Shown one piece after another: positions 47,823 through 61,500 of a stretch of 64,000 nucleotides of DNA (the stretch's first letter is position 1; every line of letters starts with the position of its first letter). The stretch is taken from assembly GCA_013265495.1 (NCBI GenBank), contig MU059330.1:14083980-14147979 (forward strand). The letters are read 5' to 3'. The notes beneath the pieces were generated by a model. It did no database searches. It was not told the DNA's origin and saw only the letters and a program-made list of their open reading frames with translations. The stretch comes from Vicugna vicugna. Its lineage: Eukaryota. A program made the translations under genes and the position numbers.

Positions 47823-50689
47823 GCAAGTCCTGTGTTCTGTGGTCCCCTGTGGAAGACGCCACCACGCCCCCTCCTCCGGGGAACCCACCTGCTCCCCTCC
47901 TCCCAGGACCCCGGGTCCCTGACACAGCGGACAGAGCCCAAGGCACAGGTGCCCCCCAGCAGACCAGGGTCCTGCAGACCGACACCCCACTGGGCACCAG
48001 TACCAGCTGGCTGCACAGAGGGCTCGCCCCAGAGCCGGGAAAACAAAGCCAAGGCTGACGGCCTCACGCCGGCCTCCACCTGCCCACCTGCTGGCCCTGA
48101 GGCAACCGGGCGGGCTGGCCCCCGAACCACTCCCCAGGTGACCTGTGCCCCCCTGGCCCTGGGCCACGACAGGCAAGCTTTGGCGTCATTACATAGAGTG
48201 GAAAACGTCAGACTACTTCAGTTTAGTAAGTCTGGATTGATTTTTCTCTTAATTTAGCAAAACGGAAAATATGAGAGTCAGTGCATCCGAGAAGGGCAAG
48301 TTCTGCTTTGGGGAATGTTTCAAGTGTGCACCTCGCCTGCATGAAGGAGAGACAGAGACCAAAGGTCAGAGACAGAGAACGACAGAGACACAGGGAGATG
48401 GGGGGTGGGTGGGGAATGGGGAGGGGAGACAGGCCTTCGCAGTTCCGGGTCAAAGGTTTGGGGCCCTGTCCTGGGTAGAGTGAGCGACCACCCCAGGCCG
48501 CCCTGCACTTCCCCGGATGGCTGGTCACCCCAGGCTGCAGCCCCACGGGGCCCCTCTGTCCCCCTGTGCGGGCCAGGGCAAGGCGGGCCCAGAGCTGGGG
48601 AGGAGGGAGGCCCAGGGCGGGTAGGTCAGCGGAGGAGCCACGGTGCCCCCCAGGGTGGGGCTGAGGAGAGCAGACTGCATGAGTCCCAGCAGGCGGCGGC
48701 CACCGTGTGCCCCGAGCAGAGGGCACCGGGACCAGGGCACTGGGCACCGGGCACCGACCTCGTTTCCCGGTGCGGTGCCACACGACCGGCGTGCGCAGAC
48801 GCCCTCCACCCTCTGCAGTGGGAATGGACAGCTGGGGGGCCAGGGCCACGGACTCCAGGGCAGGCCGGCCAGGTGAGGGCAGGTGATGAAAATGAGGGCA
48901 GTTCAGGGCGGCTCACTCCAGAGAACGTTAGTCACGTGGAAACACGAGGCCCACGTGGGCCGGGACCTCTGATTCTTTCCTGCGAAGTTAGGTATGTAGC
49001 TGTTTACTTAAGTACAAGCCGCCATATCAATGGGGTGGCAGCAGTGGCCACCTCTCCTCCACCAGGGGGACACAGGGTCACCACAGAACTGGCTGGGGGG
49101 CTGCACCGGGGACGCGGACAGCCAGCCTGGGGGCAGATCTGCATCCCTGTTGCCCCCACACTGACCACAGCAGAGACCAGTGGCCCAACGCCCAGCCCGT
49201 GCCTCCCACAGCCACCACCAGGGCTGAGGCCAGAGGTGCCACACCAGCCGCAGGGGAGGCTGGCAGGTGATGATGGCTCAGGAACTGCCCTGTCCTCACC
49301 ACAACCCGTCCCCTGATGGCCCACTGCCCAGCAGCCCCTGCTCAAGGCTGAGAGCCAGGGGCTTGCCAGGGGGAGGGTCACCAGCCCAGCCAGTCACGAT
49401 ACCCCTTTCTTGTGCCATCATCCAGGGCCAGATATCCCGGGAAAACGGGCAGTTTCTTACACAGATGAGAGTCTGAGACCCTTGGGGTTGGAAGAACAGA
49501 ACTCGGAAACTGGATGTGGTTTGCAGACCCGTCGACACCCCCCAGGCGCCCACCAACGTCCCCGTGGTGCAGGGACATCCTCTCTTTTCCCGGCCTCCCC
49601 TGGGTGTCCTGGGGGCTCGGATGAGTACAGGGACCCTCGTGACACGGGGCGGCACTCTCTGGGAGGCTGCCCTCTGACCACTGCAGCCTCAAGGGGCCCT
49701 CGGAGCGAAGAGGTGGCTCAGAGGAAAACACCAACAGCATCGCTTTCTTGGAAAAGTCGCTGTTCCAGACTGAGGGCCAAAGGCCTCCATTTATATGACT
49801 GAGCGTTTAAATCGAGTCTGTGTTGACTCGTGCGCTGAGCCTATTTGCCTAGAATGTACATAATCTCAAGTACTTATTGCGGAAGCTCAGCTCCTCTTCC
49901 CTTAAAGGTCTTTGTCGTGTGGACGAAGGGTTCCGTCAGGCAGAACGTGTCTCTGCGTTAAGGCCCGCCTGGGGCACGGATCACACACCCGCGCTGCGCC
50001 CGCAGAGCCCTCTCACTCCTCGCTGGGGTCTGAGGGTGATATTTGGGGTTGCTGTTCAATAAATGATTCATTAACAGTGTGTTCAAAGGCGGTGTGATGA
50101 CCCACCGGCCGTTAAGTGCTCTGATACCCCTTAAGCCTTTCTCACACAGGGAAGCCAAGCCTGAAATTCTAAAATGCTCCGTTATATCAAAAGAGATCAT
50201 TCTGAAAGCTCAGAAGGGAGGCAGGAGTCACTGGCAGACTCAGTCCCAAGGCGGCAAAGTAGACGCGGCCCCTGGAAGGTAACCTGTGCGGCCTCGGGTG
50301 CTCAGGGCTCTGCCCCTGCAGTGACGCTGGGCTGCCGGTGCTCACCCCTCACTTTGTCTCCCGGTGGAGCAGTCGGCTGTTGGGGGGCCGGGGGGGCAGG
50401 AGGTAAGGGCAGGGCTGGGGCCCGACCACCCAGGTGAACCACTGGCCCTGTGTGGCCCGGGCGGGGTCCCTGGCCGCCGGGCCTCGGTTTGCCGTCTGTT
50501 TCAGGGGCTCCCTGCGCCCGCCGCTCGGCTGTGAAAGGATGGACGAGCTGGAACACAGCAGGTGCTGGGCCGTCCTGGGTGGGCGCGGCTGCTGGCGTGA
50601 CGCGGGTCCGTCGGCCCTCAGCAGCGCCTCAGCCAGCGAGGTGACAGCTCCCGGTACACTTCCTGGTTGTTGCCAGCATGCAGAAACTT

Positions 50690-50827
50690 TGTTTTCGTTG
50701 TGGTGGTTTGGTTTTGGGGGGGTATGTATTTATTTGCTATTTTTTTTTTTAACGGAGGTGCTGGGGACTGAACCCAGGACTCGTGTGTGCTAAGCACGTG
50801 CTCTACCACTGGCTACACCCTCGCCCC
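50690..50827 (-). mobile_element. tRNA-derived SINE, camelid Vic-1-like
   Basis: Reverse complement GGGGCGAGGGTGTAGCCAGTGGTAGAGCACGTGCTTAGCACACACGAGTCCTGGGTTCAGTCCCCAGCACCTCCGTTAAAAAAAAAA...AAATAAATACATACCCCCCCAAAA has A and B boxes and the Vic-1-style tail as recalled. Confidence 0.75.
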
Positions 50828-52099
50828 AGAAAAGTTGTTCCTAATCCAGTTAATAGCTCGTTTATCCAGCCCCACCTGACTTCAGAAATGCAAATTTAGC
50901 GGAAGGGATGTGTTGTTTCTGCAGCGCGGTTGCCTTGTGGGCAGCGTCAGCACAGCAGGCCCTAACCCCTGCCCCGGGGGGGGGCCTGCGCTCCGGGGAC
51001 GCGGGCGCCGCCTCGGCCAGGAGGGGCCTGCTCCGGCTTGCAGCGTCCACAGCAGCCACCCGGGGCCCGGGGAGGAAGCGGCTCTCTGGCAGGAAGGAGG
51101 GAGTGGATGACGCCAGCGGGGCACACGGTCCCCCGGCTCCGGGAGCCCCTTGGAGTACCTGCAAACCACAGGCCCCTCACACTCAGTAGACTGAGCGCCC
51201 ACAGCCTGGGCTCCAAGACCCGGCCCTCGCACCACGTCGGAGTGGTGGGAAGGCCGTGGACGCGACGCCGGGGGAGATTGGAGGCGCCCGGTGAGTCCCC
51301 TGGCCCAGGTGCGGAGTCAGGTGTAAACACCTGCTCTGCGGGGGTGCTGAGGTGCCTTGCTGGGAAGATCTTCCACCTCCTCGTTGTCGGCTGGAAAAAT
51401 CCATCCCTGTGTTTGGGCTCAAATCAAGAAACTCTTCCGTATTTTCTCAAAACAACAGACTTTTACCCCAAAATAGGCTTTCAAATTGAAACTGCACAAA
51501 ATGAGATTCAAGAAAGGAAGGACTGGAAGGTTCCAGTGGATGGGGGGTGAGACCACTCTCAGTGTCGGAGCCTCAGCCAAGGCCCACGCCCACATCAGGC
51601 CTGTCACCCTGGAGCAGACGGGGCGGGTGGGGAAGGAGCTCGGCCCCCCGCCCCCCCCCGCCCCCAGCAGAGCCCTGTCACTCTCTGAGCATCGGGCCGC
51701 CATCCAGTCTTTCGGGTCCCTGAGCGGCTTCCCCGGGCCGCCATCCTCGCCAACAACCAGATCCTGACCCCACGGGTGCGTGTGCACTGGCCTCGCAGGA
51801 GCTCCTCCTCTGCCCCCCACTCCGACCCCCTCCGAGGGGCTGGCTCACATCCCCTCCCCCGAGCTTCGACTCTGTCTCCAGTTGCTGTCAGAGTAGACGT
51901 GCCCGGAGCCAGGCCGAGTGACCACCTCCCCTCGCCCTGCACTGCCTCTGCTCTGGGCCTCCACTGGGGGTCCAGCCACCCCAAGATTGTCAGCAGTGAG
52001 CAGCCTCCTGCCAACAGCCAGCAAGAAAGCCCTGCCCACAGCGGCGAGAAGCCGCTCCTGCCAGTGAGCTGGGGGCATGGACGCGGTCCTTGCCAGGTC

Positions 52100-52390
52100 C
52101 AGCCCCAGATGGGCGCAGCCTGAGACCCAGAGACGGGGCTCTCGACCCAGGAAACATGGTCTCGCTGTCAGCGGCGCTTCTGAAGGTAAGGACGCCTGCA
52201 GATCACAGAGGCCAGAGATAGGCCTGGCACAGACTTTCCCTGAAGCCTTGGAAGGAACCACCCCCAGTGACACCTTGACCTCAGCCTTCTGGCCTCCAGG
52301 ACAGGGTTCCGCAGCCCCAGCACTCTCACAGCCCCCATCTCTCCGCTCGGTGAACACCCACACCCTACTGAGTGCCAGGGACCTGTGAGG
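52100..52390 (+). mobile_element. MaLR (MLT1) LTR relic
   Basis: ggcctggcacagactttccctgaagccttggaaggaaccacccccagtgacaccttgacctcagccttctggcctccagga. Confidence 0.6.
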
Positions 52391-53074
52391 CACAGCAGGC
52401 GCTCGCGGCCACGCCCCGGGGCTCTCTAGTAACCGCACCGGCCCGGATGCTCCGCTGCTGTGAGGGGGCCTGCCCCAGGGACGGCGGCCAGCACGGCCGG
52501 CAGGCAGGGACTGCACCCGCTGCCCGGCCCGAGAGCCCCGCCTGAAACACAGGAGCAGGGCCTGCAGGTCGTGACCATCAGTGATGGGGGATCAACACTG
52601 AGGGCGCGACACTGCTTCAATAAACTGGAAGGCGCATGCGCGTCGCGTGTAACAAGGGCGGGAGGTGCTTCAGGGGACTTTTGTTCAGCGGCTCGTGCGC
52701 AAGTGACGCGGGCACCGGGCCTGGAGGTAAACCGCCTCCTGCCTGCAGCGGCGAGTCCGAGGAAGAGCGTGTGGATGCGACCGATGGGCTTGTCTGCGTC
52801 CTGCTTGGGACGGAGGCTGCGCCTGGGCCCTGAGACAGCCCCGAGGCCCTCCGCAGCAGGCGCGCCAGGGGACGGAGCCAACGCATCCTCCTCTTCCTGA
52901 GCTTCAGCCGCAGGGCAGGCCCCAGGCCGCTCCCGAGTCCTCCCGCCCGACGCCGGGGCGCCAACTGGTCCACGTCTGACCTCTCTGCCCTGGAGCGCAG
53001 GACACCCCTCGGAAAGGGGATTTCCATCAGCGTCACTGGTGTCGCGGTGGAGACACCCTGTCACAGGGTTAAGT

Positions 53075-53320
53075 GAGTGGCTCAGGCGTGTGTGCCGTGC
53101 ACGCGTGTGTGCACACGAGCATGTCAGTGCCTTGTGTGCGTATGCAAGCCCCGTGCACGGGCGTTTGGGCGTGCTGCACGTGTGAGGTGTGCTCTTCCAC
53201 GTGTCAGAGCTTGTGTGTGCACACATGTGAGTGTTCTGCATGTGTGTGGAGGTGTGGGCACACACGTGAGCATGTGCATGCGTGTGGAGTGTGTGCTTGC
53301 ACTGGCCCACACGCACTGTT
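53075..53320. repeat. Degenerate (TG)n-rich simple repeat
   Basis: gtgtgtgccgtgcacgcgtgtgtgcacacgagcatg...gtgtgtgcacacatgtgag seen directly. Confidence 0.7.
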
Positions 53321-54949
53321 TGGCGCGGGGTTACGGGTGGAAGGGCCTGGATCTCCTCCCCACACATGGATCGGGGAACCGGAGCCAGAGAGGAGCCACA
53401 GGGACACAGCACCGTCACCGGGCAGTGAGGTCTCGGGAGCAGCCGTTGGCTGAAGTGAAGGCGGGTGGTCAGCCGTCCAGACAGCACAGCAGTTAGGGCA
53501 GCGGCGCGGGGCGGCCGGAGCCTCGGCACAGACTCCACTAGAGGGGCTTCGGTCCCCCGGCACTCACCCTGCGCCCGTGGGAACCGGAGCCGTGGAGGAT
53601 CAGCCGCACGTTCATGTGCGAAACACAGCGTGTACTCCACGAAGGAGGTGCGTCCGGATGGTGCAAACCCTCCGACGTGAGTCTTCCAGGATGCGCTGAC
53701 GAGGAGGCGGAGGCCCACGCAGTGTTTACAGATCCTGCTCACCGCAGTGACGGGCGAGGCGCGTCGGACCCAGCAGGACACGAGCATCTCTGCGGGGCCA
53801 CCAGAGGGCCAGCCACCCGGACAGTCACGTCTGACCCCACTGAGACTGCTGCCTGCTCGTCCTGCAGGAGGAGGGGCCCTCGGCCGTCTGGTGCTGGGGG
53901 CTGTGCCCACGCTGCTCCCCCCACCGACCCTCCGCCTCTCCTCGGGAGTGGTGCTCACCAGCCACTGCCTCTTTTCTGAGGTCAGTTTCTCTATAATCGA
54001 GCACCTGGGTGACCAGGTGCCCTCGCCAGGCCCCTGTCCATCCAGATGGGCCAGCACTCCCACTGCCTGGCTGGAGCTCCCCCGCCCCCCCGGCCTGCCC
54101 CTTCTACCTCGGCCTCCCTGCCAGGGGGCCGACCATCCACTGGCCAAGGGTGTGTCGACCCAGCCCAGGTGAGACAGAGGGACAGCAGACCCCGGCCCGA
54201 CCTGGGTCTCGGGGGACAGTATTTGGACTGCGAACTGAGAGACAGGACCGTGCCTTAGTTAGGAGATGTGTTTTGCACGGAGATGAGCTACAATCCTGAA
54301 ATTACTCTTATTTATTCTAGAACTCAGCAAGCAGGCAAACACATGGGCAATCAGAACGGCGGCATAATTTGCAGGCTTGGTACAAAACGAGAACGCGGGG
54401 CCCTCGTTCCAGACGCACTGAGGGTTTCAGGACGGCAACAACGGAGCGGTAAACGAAGCCCTTCCCGGCGCGAGGCCCTGCGGGCAGCGTCTCCCACTGC
54501 AGGAAGGGCCCCAGGGAAGGAGGGAGGCGGCGAGAGGGAGTGGGGCTGCCGCGGGGGGGTCAGCGCACGCAGGGTTTGAACACAGACACGTGCGTGCACA
54601 CGCGGACAGCTGGGCGGGTGGACGGCGGAGAACTGGACTCAGGTGTGTGGGAAGCATGTTCTGAGCTCTGCGTCCGAGAGGCTGTGGCACCCGGGTGGGC
54701 ACAGAGCCCCCCGGAGCCCCAATTCTTCTCCAGCGAGAGGCTTCGGGGCTCCTGGGAGAAACCGCTGATCCCTGAGCTCAGGCCCAGAAGGCGGCGGGGA
54801 GCCTGGAGCGTCTTGTGGGGCCACAAGCTGAGGATGGGGGCGCATGGGAAGGACAGCGCTGCTCTGAGGGGCTTCCAAAGGCCACACCGGGACGGTCTGA
54901 GCAAAAATCCCCCTCGTAAGGACGGCAGCGACGGACGCCGTCCTCCTCC

Positions 54950-55300
54950 CTCAGCTCCAGCTGCTGTGACAGACATCACCGCCAGGGCGGTTTATAAACG
55001 ACAGACACTGGTTTCTCACAACCTTGGAGGCTGGAGGCCGGGACCAGGGTGCGGGGAGGGCAGGCGCGGGCGAGGCCTCTGTGCGCAGGCGGCGCCGGCC
55101 GGCCTCGCACGGTGGAGGGAGAGTCACTGTCCCCCCGGGGGCCCCCTGCCCAGCCCCATGTAAACCTAATCACTGCCAAGGGGGAGCGCCTCCTGATCCC
55201 CCCAACACACGGGTTTGGGGCACATGGACGCGCAGGCCAACAGGACTAACGCCCAGCGGTGAGCACGCAGCCAGGAGGGAGGCGGAGCCGACCCCCCCCC
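54950..55300 (-). mobile_element. MaLR (MLT1A/B-like) LTR relic
   Basis: gctgctgtgacagacatcaccgccagggcggtttataaacgacagacactggtttctcacaaccttggaggctgga...aaacctaatcactgccaagg. Confidence 0.6.
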
Positions 55301-55989
55301 CCCCCCAGGGCCCTGGCCCACAAGTGCAGCAGGGCCGCGGGCCGACGCCACAGCGACCCCCGTTTCAGACGAGGCATCAGGATGTAAAGATCCGAGGGAG
55401 AAACAGGACGAGGAGTGAGACGGGCACTTAGTCTCCCACCGAGGAGACGGACGGGAAGGCAGCGCCGTCACAGGGGAGCAGGCGCCCGCGCCCCAGGCGG
55501 GAGGGCACGCCAACGTGGACGCCGCACCAGAGGCCCCCGGAGGGCCAGCGTCGCCCCTGTGGGCTCTGCTAGGGGCACATCCCCCACGCGGCCGTGAGGA
55601 AACCACAGACCATGGGGACATGACAACTAAGCGCAGTGCGTGTCCCGGGTTGGGTCCTGGCTCTGAAAAGACGTCCAGATACGGCTGCATCGCCTCGGTG
55701 CTAACGGGAAACGGCGCCGCGTCGCTGCGACCCCCGGCCGTGAGCAGCAGGCTGCGGTGACTGAGACGTCGGCTCCGGGGAGCTGGCTGCAGGCTACGCT
55801 GGGATTCTCTGCACGGCTTCTGCACCTTTTTCATAAGTCCTAAATCATTTCAAAGTGAACAATCAGAACATAAGACTAAAATGAAAGATCCTCTTCTGTC
55901 TTTGGAGCATGTCCCACTAAGGGTGCGCACTGTGAGTGCTGGGCTCAAAAGTCATTCGGAATAATTCCGCTGTTTGTGTGGTTATGTCA

Positions 55990-56550
55990 CGGCCGCCGTG
56001 ACCACCAGTCACACTGCGTTGAATGGCATCTCCCCAGACTCACATCCGCCACATTTCCAAGCTTTGGCGATTACAAGTAAAGCTGCCGTGCGCGTCCACA
56101 TGCACGTTTTTGTGTGGACATAAGTGTTCACCTCCTTTGGGTAGATACGGCATGTGACTGCTGGGTCACATGGTAAGAGGAGGCTTGAATTTGTCAAACA
56201 CTGGAAACTGTATTCCACGAGGCTGGACCATGTTGCTTTCCCACCAGCAGCGGACAAGCGCGCGTTCCCACGGCTCCACATCCTGGTCAGCGATCGCCGC
56301 TGTCAGCGTCTGGACGTTGCTCGTCAACGCTTTAACTCACACACAGGGTGTGGGGCATCTTCGCACTCAGGTTTGCCATCCGCTCATCTTCTTTGGCAAG
56401 GTGTACACTCAGGCCCTTTCCCGTTTTCCACACGGGCTTGCTTGTTTGTTACTATCGAGTGCGAAGCGTTCTTTGTGTGTCGGACAACAATCCTTTATCA
56501 GATGCAAACTTTTTGCAAAAACCCCAGGCCTCTCTTGGGTCTTGTTTCAG
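55990..56550 (-). mobile_element. LINE-1 3' region relic
   Basis: tttggcgattacaagtaaagctgccgtg...gtttttgtgtggacataagtgttcacctcctttgggtagatac...gctgggtcacatggtaag...tttcccaccagcag. Confidence 0.75.
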
Positions 56551-58381
56551 ATCTCCAAGTGCCATCCCGGGGGCCCCCTCCCGGCAGCAGCTGACCCCGC
56601 TGAGCTGGGACGTGCTCGACCTCCAACCCCAGTTTAGGCTCGGCATGGACTTACACCCCCGAATTACAGGGAAGACGCGGCTTCTGAGTGGGAGGGGAGG
56701 GCTCTAAGGCCAGCCCCTTCCTTGCACTTCACACGCCCGGCTTCTAGAGGATGTTTCTTCTCTGTGGTCTCCCGGAGCCAAAGGATCCAGAGAGAGGGAG
56801 CCTCGGGGGCGTCCTCGGGCGGGGTGCGCCAGGCAGCCCGGCTGCACGTCGAGGTGTGAGACCAGATCCCCAATCACAGATGCCCAGGGCTGCCACAGTG
56901 GTGAGGGCAGGTGACCCATGAGTGCCCGGCCATCCAGAGTGATGACCACCCTAGGTGCTCTCAACAAAGCCAGGTACCATCCACCCTCCCGCATCTTACT
57001 GAAAATTCCTAGAAAAATCAGACTACGTTAAAAGATGCAAAACTTATGTGAGTGTGTATGTAATTAATCAGAATCCGGGCTCAAGTTTTCACTGTGCATC
57101 TGGCAAGACCTTCCAAACCTCCCTGCGGGCGAGGGCATCCAGCACCCAGCACACCCCAACTGCCCTGTCATTGGGGCGACCAGACAAAGGCCCACAAGTG
57201 GCCGAAGCAGCCTCTGGGCCTGGCCCCCCCCAGGGAGGGGACCAGGGGCCTCAGGTGGACAGCGAGGCAGGTGGTGACAAGGGCAACAGTGGACTTGATT
57301 TCCGGGGCTGCCCGACCCGTGGCGGCACCTGGCTTGCAGACCCAACGCTGGCTTTGACACTGAGGTGGAGCGGGAAGGAGGGCGGGCAGGCGTATTCACA
57401 CCTCCCCAGTATCTGTCTCCTCCCCCCGGCGCGACCCCGGCCTCCCTGCTTCTTGGCCCCACCCCACCCCGCCTCCCCCCTTCCCTGCCTCACCCCTCAC
57501 TCTACTGTGGGCGTGACCTGGGGCCCTTGCCCACCCTGGACGGCGGTCTCCGCGCCGCGCTGAGCACGAGCCCCTCTGCGGACCCTCCCCCCGTCCTAGG
57601 TCCCTCTGCTCTCCCTCCTCAGCCTTGGGGCTTCCCACTCCTGTGGGAACCAGCCTCCTGACCACCCATTCTCGACCTCCCAGCCTGGTAGACCTCCTCG
57701 GCGCCCCACCCACTCTCTGGCTGTCCTTCTGGTCCTCTGGGGTCACTAGTCTAACCACTGCCGCCCCAGCCGTCGGCCAGCTCGGGTTCCCCGACTTCTC
57801 TTCAGTGCAGACCCTGAGCCCTCCCCTCAAAGCGTCCAGCCCCTCCCGGGCGCTCACCTGACAAAGACGCAGCCCTGGGGAGCCCCACCGTCCTGCTCCA
57901 AAGCGCTTCAAACCACACTCAAGACTCTGAATGCACCACACCCAGCGACCATGCTTAACCCTAACGTCACTTTAAAGCCCCACCACCTGAACCCAGCAAG
58001 AGCTCCCGCCCACTGCTGTCACAGCGCACACCATCCTCAGACCGCGGGCGTCCGCGCCCCTACCCCAGGGGCCGCCCGCACACCTGCTTGAGAGAGCAGA
58101 GGTCCTCCTCCTCGGAAGGCTTCTGCCCTCTCCGTCCACTGCCCATGAGCTGTCGCTGCTCCTGCAGAGGCCTCGGCGACCTGTGAGGCCGTCCTCCTCC
58201 GCGGGCTCCCCACACCCTGCTCTGCCGTCCCCAGCCTCCCTCCATCATCAGGCCACCGCGCCCACCCCCTTCTCAGCCCCTGTCTCCACAGGTGCACCCT
58301 CAGGTGTGGGGCATCCAACGGCCGCCGCTCCACGTCTGTCATCATCTGGGCCCCCAGCAGCCGGCCCTGTCCCCTGGGTCC

Positions 58382-58524
58382 NNNNNNNNNNNNNNNNNNN
58401 NNNNNNNNNNNNNNNNNNNNNNNNNNNNNNNNNNNNNNNNNNNNNNNNNNNNNNNNNNNNNNNNNNNNNNNNNNNNNNNNNNNNNNNNNNNNNNNNNNNN
58501 NNNNNNNNNNNNNNNNNNNNNNNN
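58382..58524. other. Assembly gap (143 N)
   Basis: Run of N. Confidence 1.
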
Positions 58525-61500
58525 GGGGGTCACTGTCCCGCTGTGTGTCCCCGCCCCCAGGCCTGCTCTATGTCCAGGCACCGGGCGCTTCCAGGCGATG
58601 CTCTGAGGCTGCTGCTGGTGCTGTGCAGGGCGAGGGTCCTGGGACCACCCTCAGGTTCAGTGACTCACCAGAAGGTCTCAGCTCAGCAAAACTGAAGTCC
58701 TGACTTATGACAGCCGAAGCGCCCAGGTTACAAGCAGCAGGGGGAGGAGACGCAAAGGTAGGGCCCAGAGGAGGCCAGACGTGAGCTCCCAGTGGTCCTC
58801 GTCCATGAAGTCCTGGACGTGACAACACACTCGAGCACTGATGGCCAGGGCACGCGGCCCGAGCCCTGGAGTGCAGTCACATGGCATGGCTGACTCGAGT
58901 CTGCAGCCTGAGGTCCGGCCGACACCACGTGGTCAGGGAAGCAAGGACGCTGTTATTAGGCCGGACTCGCCAGGGCTTAGAGCCAGGGCGGACGGCCAGA
59001 CCTTACTCGGGCAGCATTAACCCTCTGCTGTGCTGGCCAAGCGTGGACGTGGGCTGGTGGCCCGATGCCTGTGCCTTGCTGGTTTTGGAGAACCAGGCTG
59101 CTTGGTGGTGCCACCAGAACCTCACAAAGACGGAGGTGTGGACAGTGCTGGTCAGATTCGTTCAAGTGGGGACAAGGGACAGGCCACCAGGGCTCCCGCT
59201 CTTCTGGAGGAAAGACACTCAGCTGCACACACGGCGAGGCCTTAAGTCAGCTTTCAAGGGGCAAATCTCGAGGTCAAAGTAACAGAGACGTGAAAACCGG
59301 AGGCCGCCAGCGGAGAGCTGGAAAGCCTCAGCTTGAAGTCAGGCTGGACGTAGACTTCGAGGGAAGACGTAAAGGAAGAGAAAGCTGAACGGTTAGGACA
59401 AGTCAGCCCGCCGGCTGGCACCGGACATCGTGACCGGGAGCTGCCTCAGAACGCGTCCAGCTGTGAGCAGCCGTAAGTGAGCGGCCTGGGAAGCCCATCG
59501 GGGACGGACGGCTACAGCCGGGCGAGGCTCTCGGACGCAGGGTCCCCCCCGACCCCGACAGAGCAGCCCGGCCCCTCCCAAGTGGGTTCCACCTCCCTCA
59601 GTCAGTTTCATTGCTGTCAGTCCCGTGATTGTGCACCAGCTCCGGGGAGGTGCGGCGGGGTGACGCCCCTGGGGACGGCATCACATGGACGGTTTATTCA
59701 GTGAAATGTATCTGTTTAACAAGCAGATTGTCTCCTGTTCCCCAAGTCCTGGGTGGCGTGTGGAGGGGTCAGAGTGAACGCTTGTGCCCCCCACACTGAA
59801 CCCCACGAAGAGCTTTCCTGAGCGGCCGGTCTCGCAGTTGGAGACGTCTGAAACTCAAAGTCCGCTGAGCAAGGGCTGCACTCACCCTGCGACACGATAC
59901 CAAGGGCTGCCTGAACAGTCTAGCTTGAAAGCAGCCCCTCCGAGAGCTCTCCACGAGCTTAGCACCTTCGAGGCCCGGCCCGAGGTGGGGCGGTCAGCCG
60001 GAGAGGCCGGGCTGGGGTACAGTGCTCCGCACGCCCACCCAACCCCGCAGGGGCCCAGGTGCAGCCGCCCCGGCCGCTCCCTCGGCTGAGTCTCCTCTCT
60101 CCCGCCCTGCCCTGCCCCCAGCTCACACCCTAAGCCCCGACCCTCCTTTCTTTCTGCAAGTGCGACCTCGGCGCGTGGGGCCCTTACTCTGAACGTGCAC
60201 GCTGCCCGCAGCTCCACGTGGTCTTGCTGGAGGCCACCTCTCCCCACTGACCACTCTGGTTAGCAGGGCCTCCTCCCCAGAGGGACCCCTGGACCCGCTG
60301 CTTCTGCCACGGGGGGGGTGCAGCAGCCCCACGCCTTCCCAGGGCCGCGGGTGGACAGGCAGACTCCAGGACCCGCGGCCCAGTCCCCAGCTGTCCGTGA
60401 AGGGCCCAGCACCCCCAACAACTCCTCAGCTGCCTCCTCCCGCCGCCTTCCTGGCAGACCTTCCTGGCCTCCACTACCCAGCCCTTTACACACTGGCAGG
60501 GAGGGGGGCCGTGAGGGCCCTGGGGGCCACAGTGGGCCACGCGGGAAGCTCAGGGTGGCCAGGAGCCCAGCCCCCAGCCCCAGACGCTCCCTGCCTCCAA
60601 TCCCTCATCTGCGAACTGCCCATCTGGGGCAGGCTGTGGGTTACTGAGCTGGGTCATGTCTGCCCAGGTCCCCGCACGGGGCCATCAAACGCATTTATTC
60701 TCTTTAAACCTTGGGACACGGTCCTGTCCAGGGCCGCTGGGGCTGGCCCTGCGTGGAAGCAGCCCCCCTGGGACCCGGGCCCCTGCTCCCTGTGTGCACC
60801 TGGCGGTGGGTGTTGTCCGCACCTGCAGCAGGTCTGGGAGCCCGCGGTGCCCTATCCTGCAGCGACCTCCACCCTTGCAGCTGGGTTTCAGTGTAGAAGC
60901 CCCAGAGCTTCCGTGCTGGCCCCAGTCAGGGGGGCGATCATAGCCAGAACAGGGCCTAGGGCCGGAGCTTAGACAAAACGTCAGAGCCCGAGGAAGGGGA
61001 CAAAGTGACACAGCCACCCTGAACCAGCCTCTTCCTGCCACCAAGAGCTATTTCCATAAGCTTCTCAGCCTTCAAGAGCTGTTTGGCTCCCTACGAGTTC
61101 CAGAGAAGAGAATCTAGTATTTGTTCAAAAATAGGGTTCCAATATTGACACCAAGTCATATTAGAAGCTCTGTGGGAAGGCTTCCCTGGCGTTTTGCAAG
61201 ATAGTAACAGGGCTGTGTGTTCTGAGGCCGAAACCTGTGGTCTCACTGATTCTCCTTCCGGGAGGCTGGTCATCAATGAGGGGGAGGCCACAGGGGACAG
61301 CCAGCACCTCGCAGATGGCAGAGGGGTCCAGAGGCCACCTCCCGAGCCCCTCAGGACACGACCCACACCAGCCCAGTTCAGGCAAGGACGGCACACCGCG
61401 GCCCCCTGTGAGTGTGTGTTGTGTGTGTGTGTGTGTGTGTTTGGGGGGGTCCCCTGGGACCAGCGTGGACCCAGCTGGCCAAGAAGCAGAGGGTGTCGAG

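Noticed and set aside
49059-49072. CTCF-like ccaccagggggaca (also at ~34645)
   Set aside because: Mismatch at the conserved GGC[AG] end of the core motif.
50754-50827. tRNA-like sequence with A and B boxes
   Set aside because: Followed by a poly-A/simple tail and lacks a proper acceptor stem, so it is a SINE and not a tRNA gene.
52426-54147. 573-aa minus-strand ORF, the longest in the track
   Set aside because: Runs through a (CA)n simple repeat (HTHAH...) and GC-rich sequence, and resembles no protein family. Considered spurious, though lncRNA transcription here cannot be excluded.
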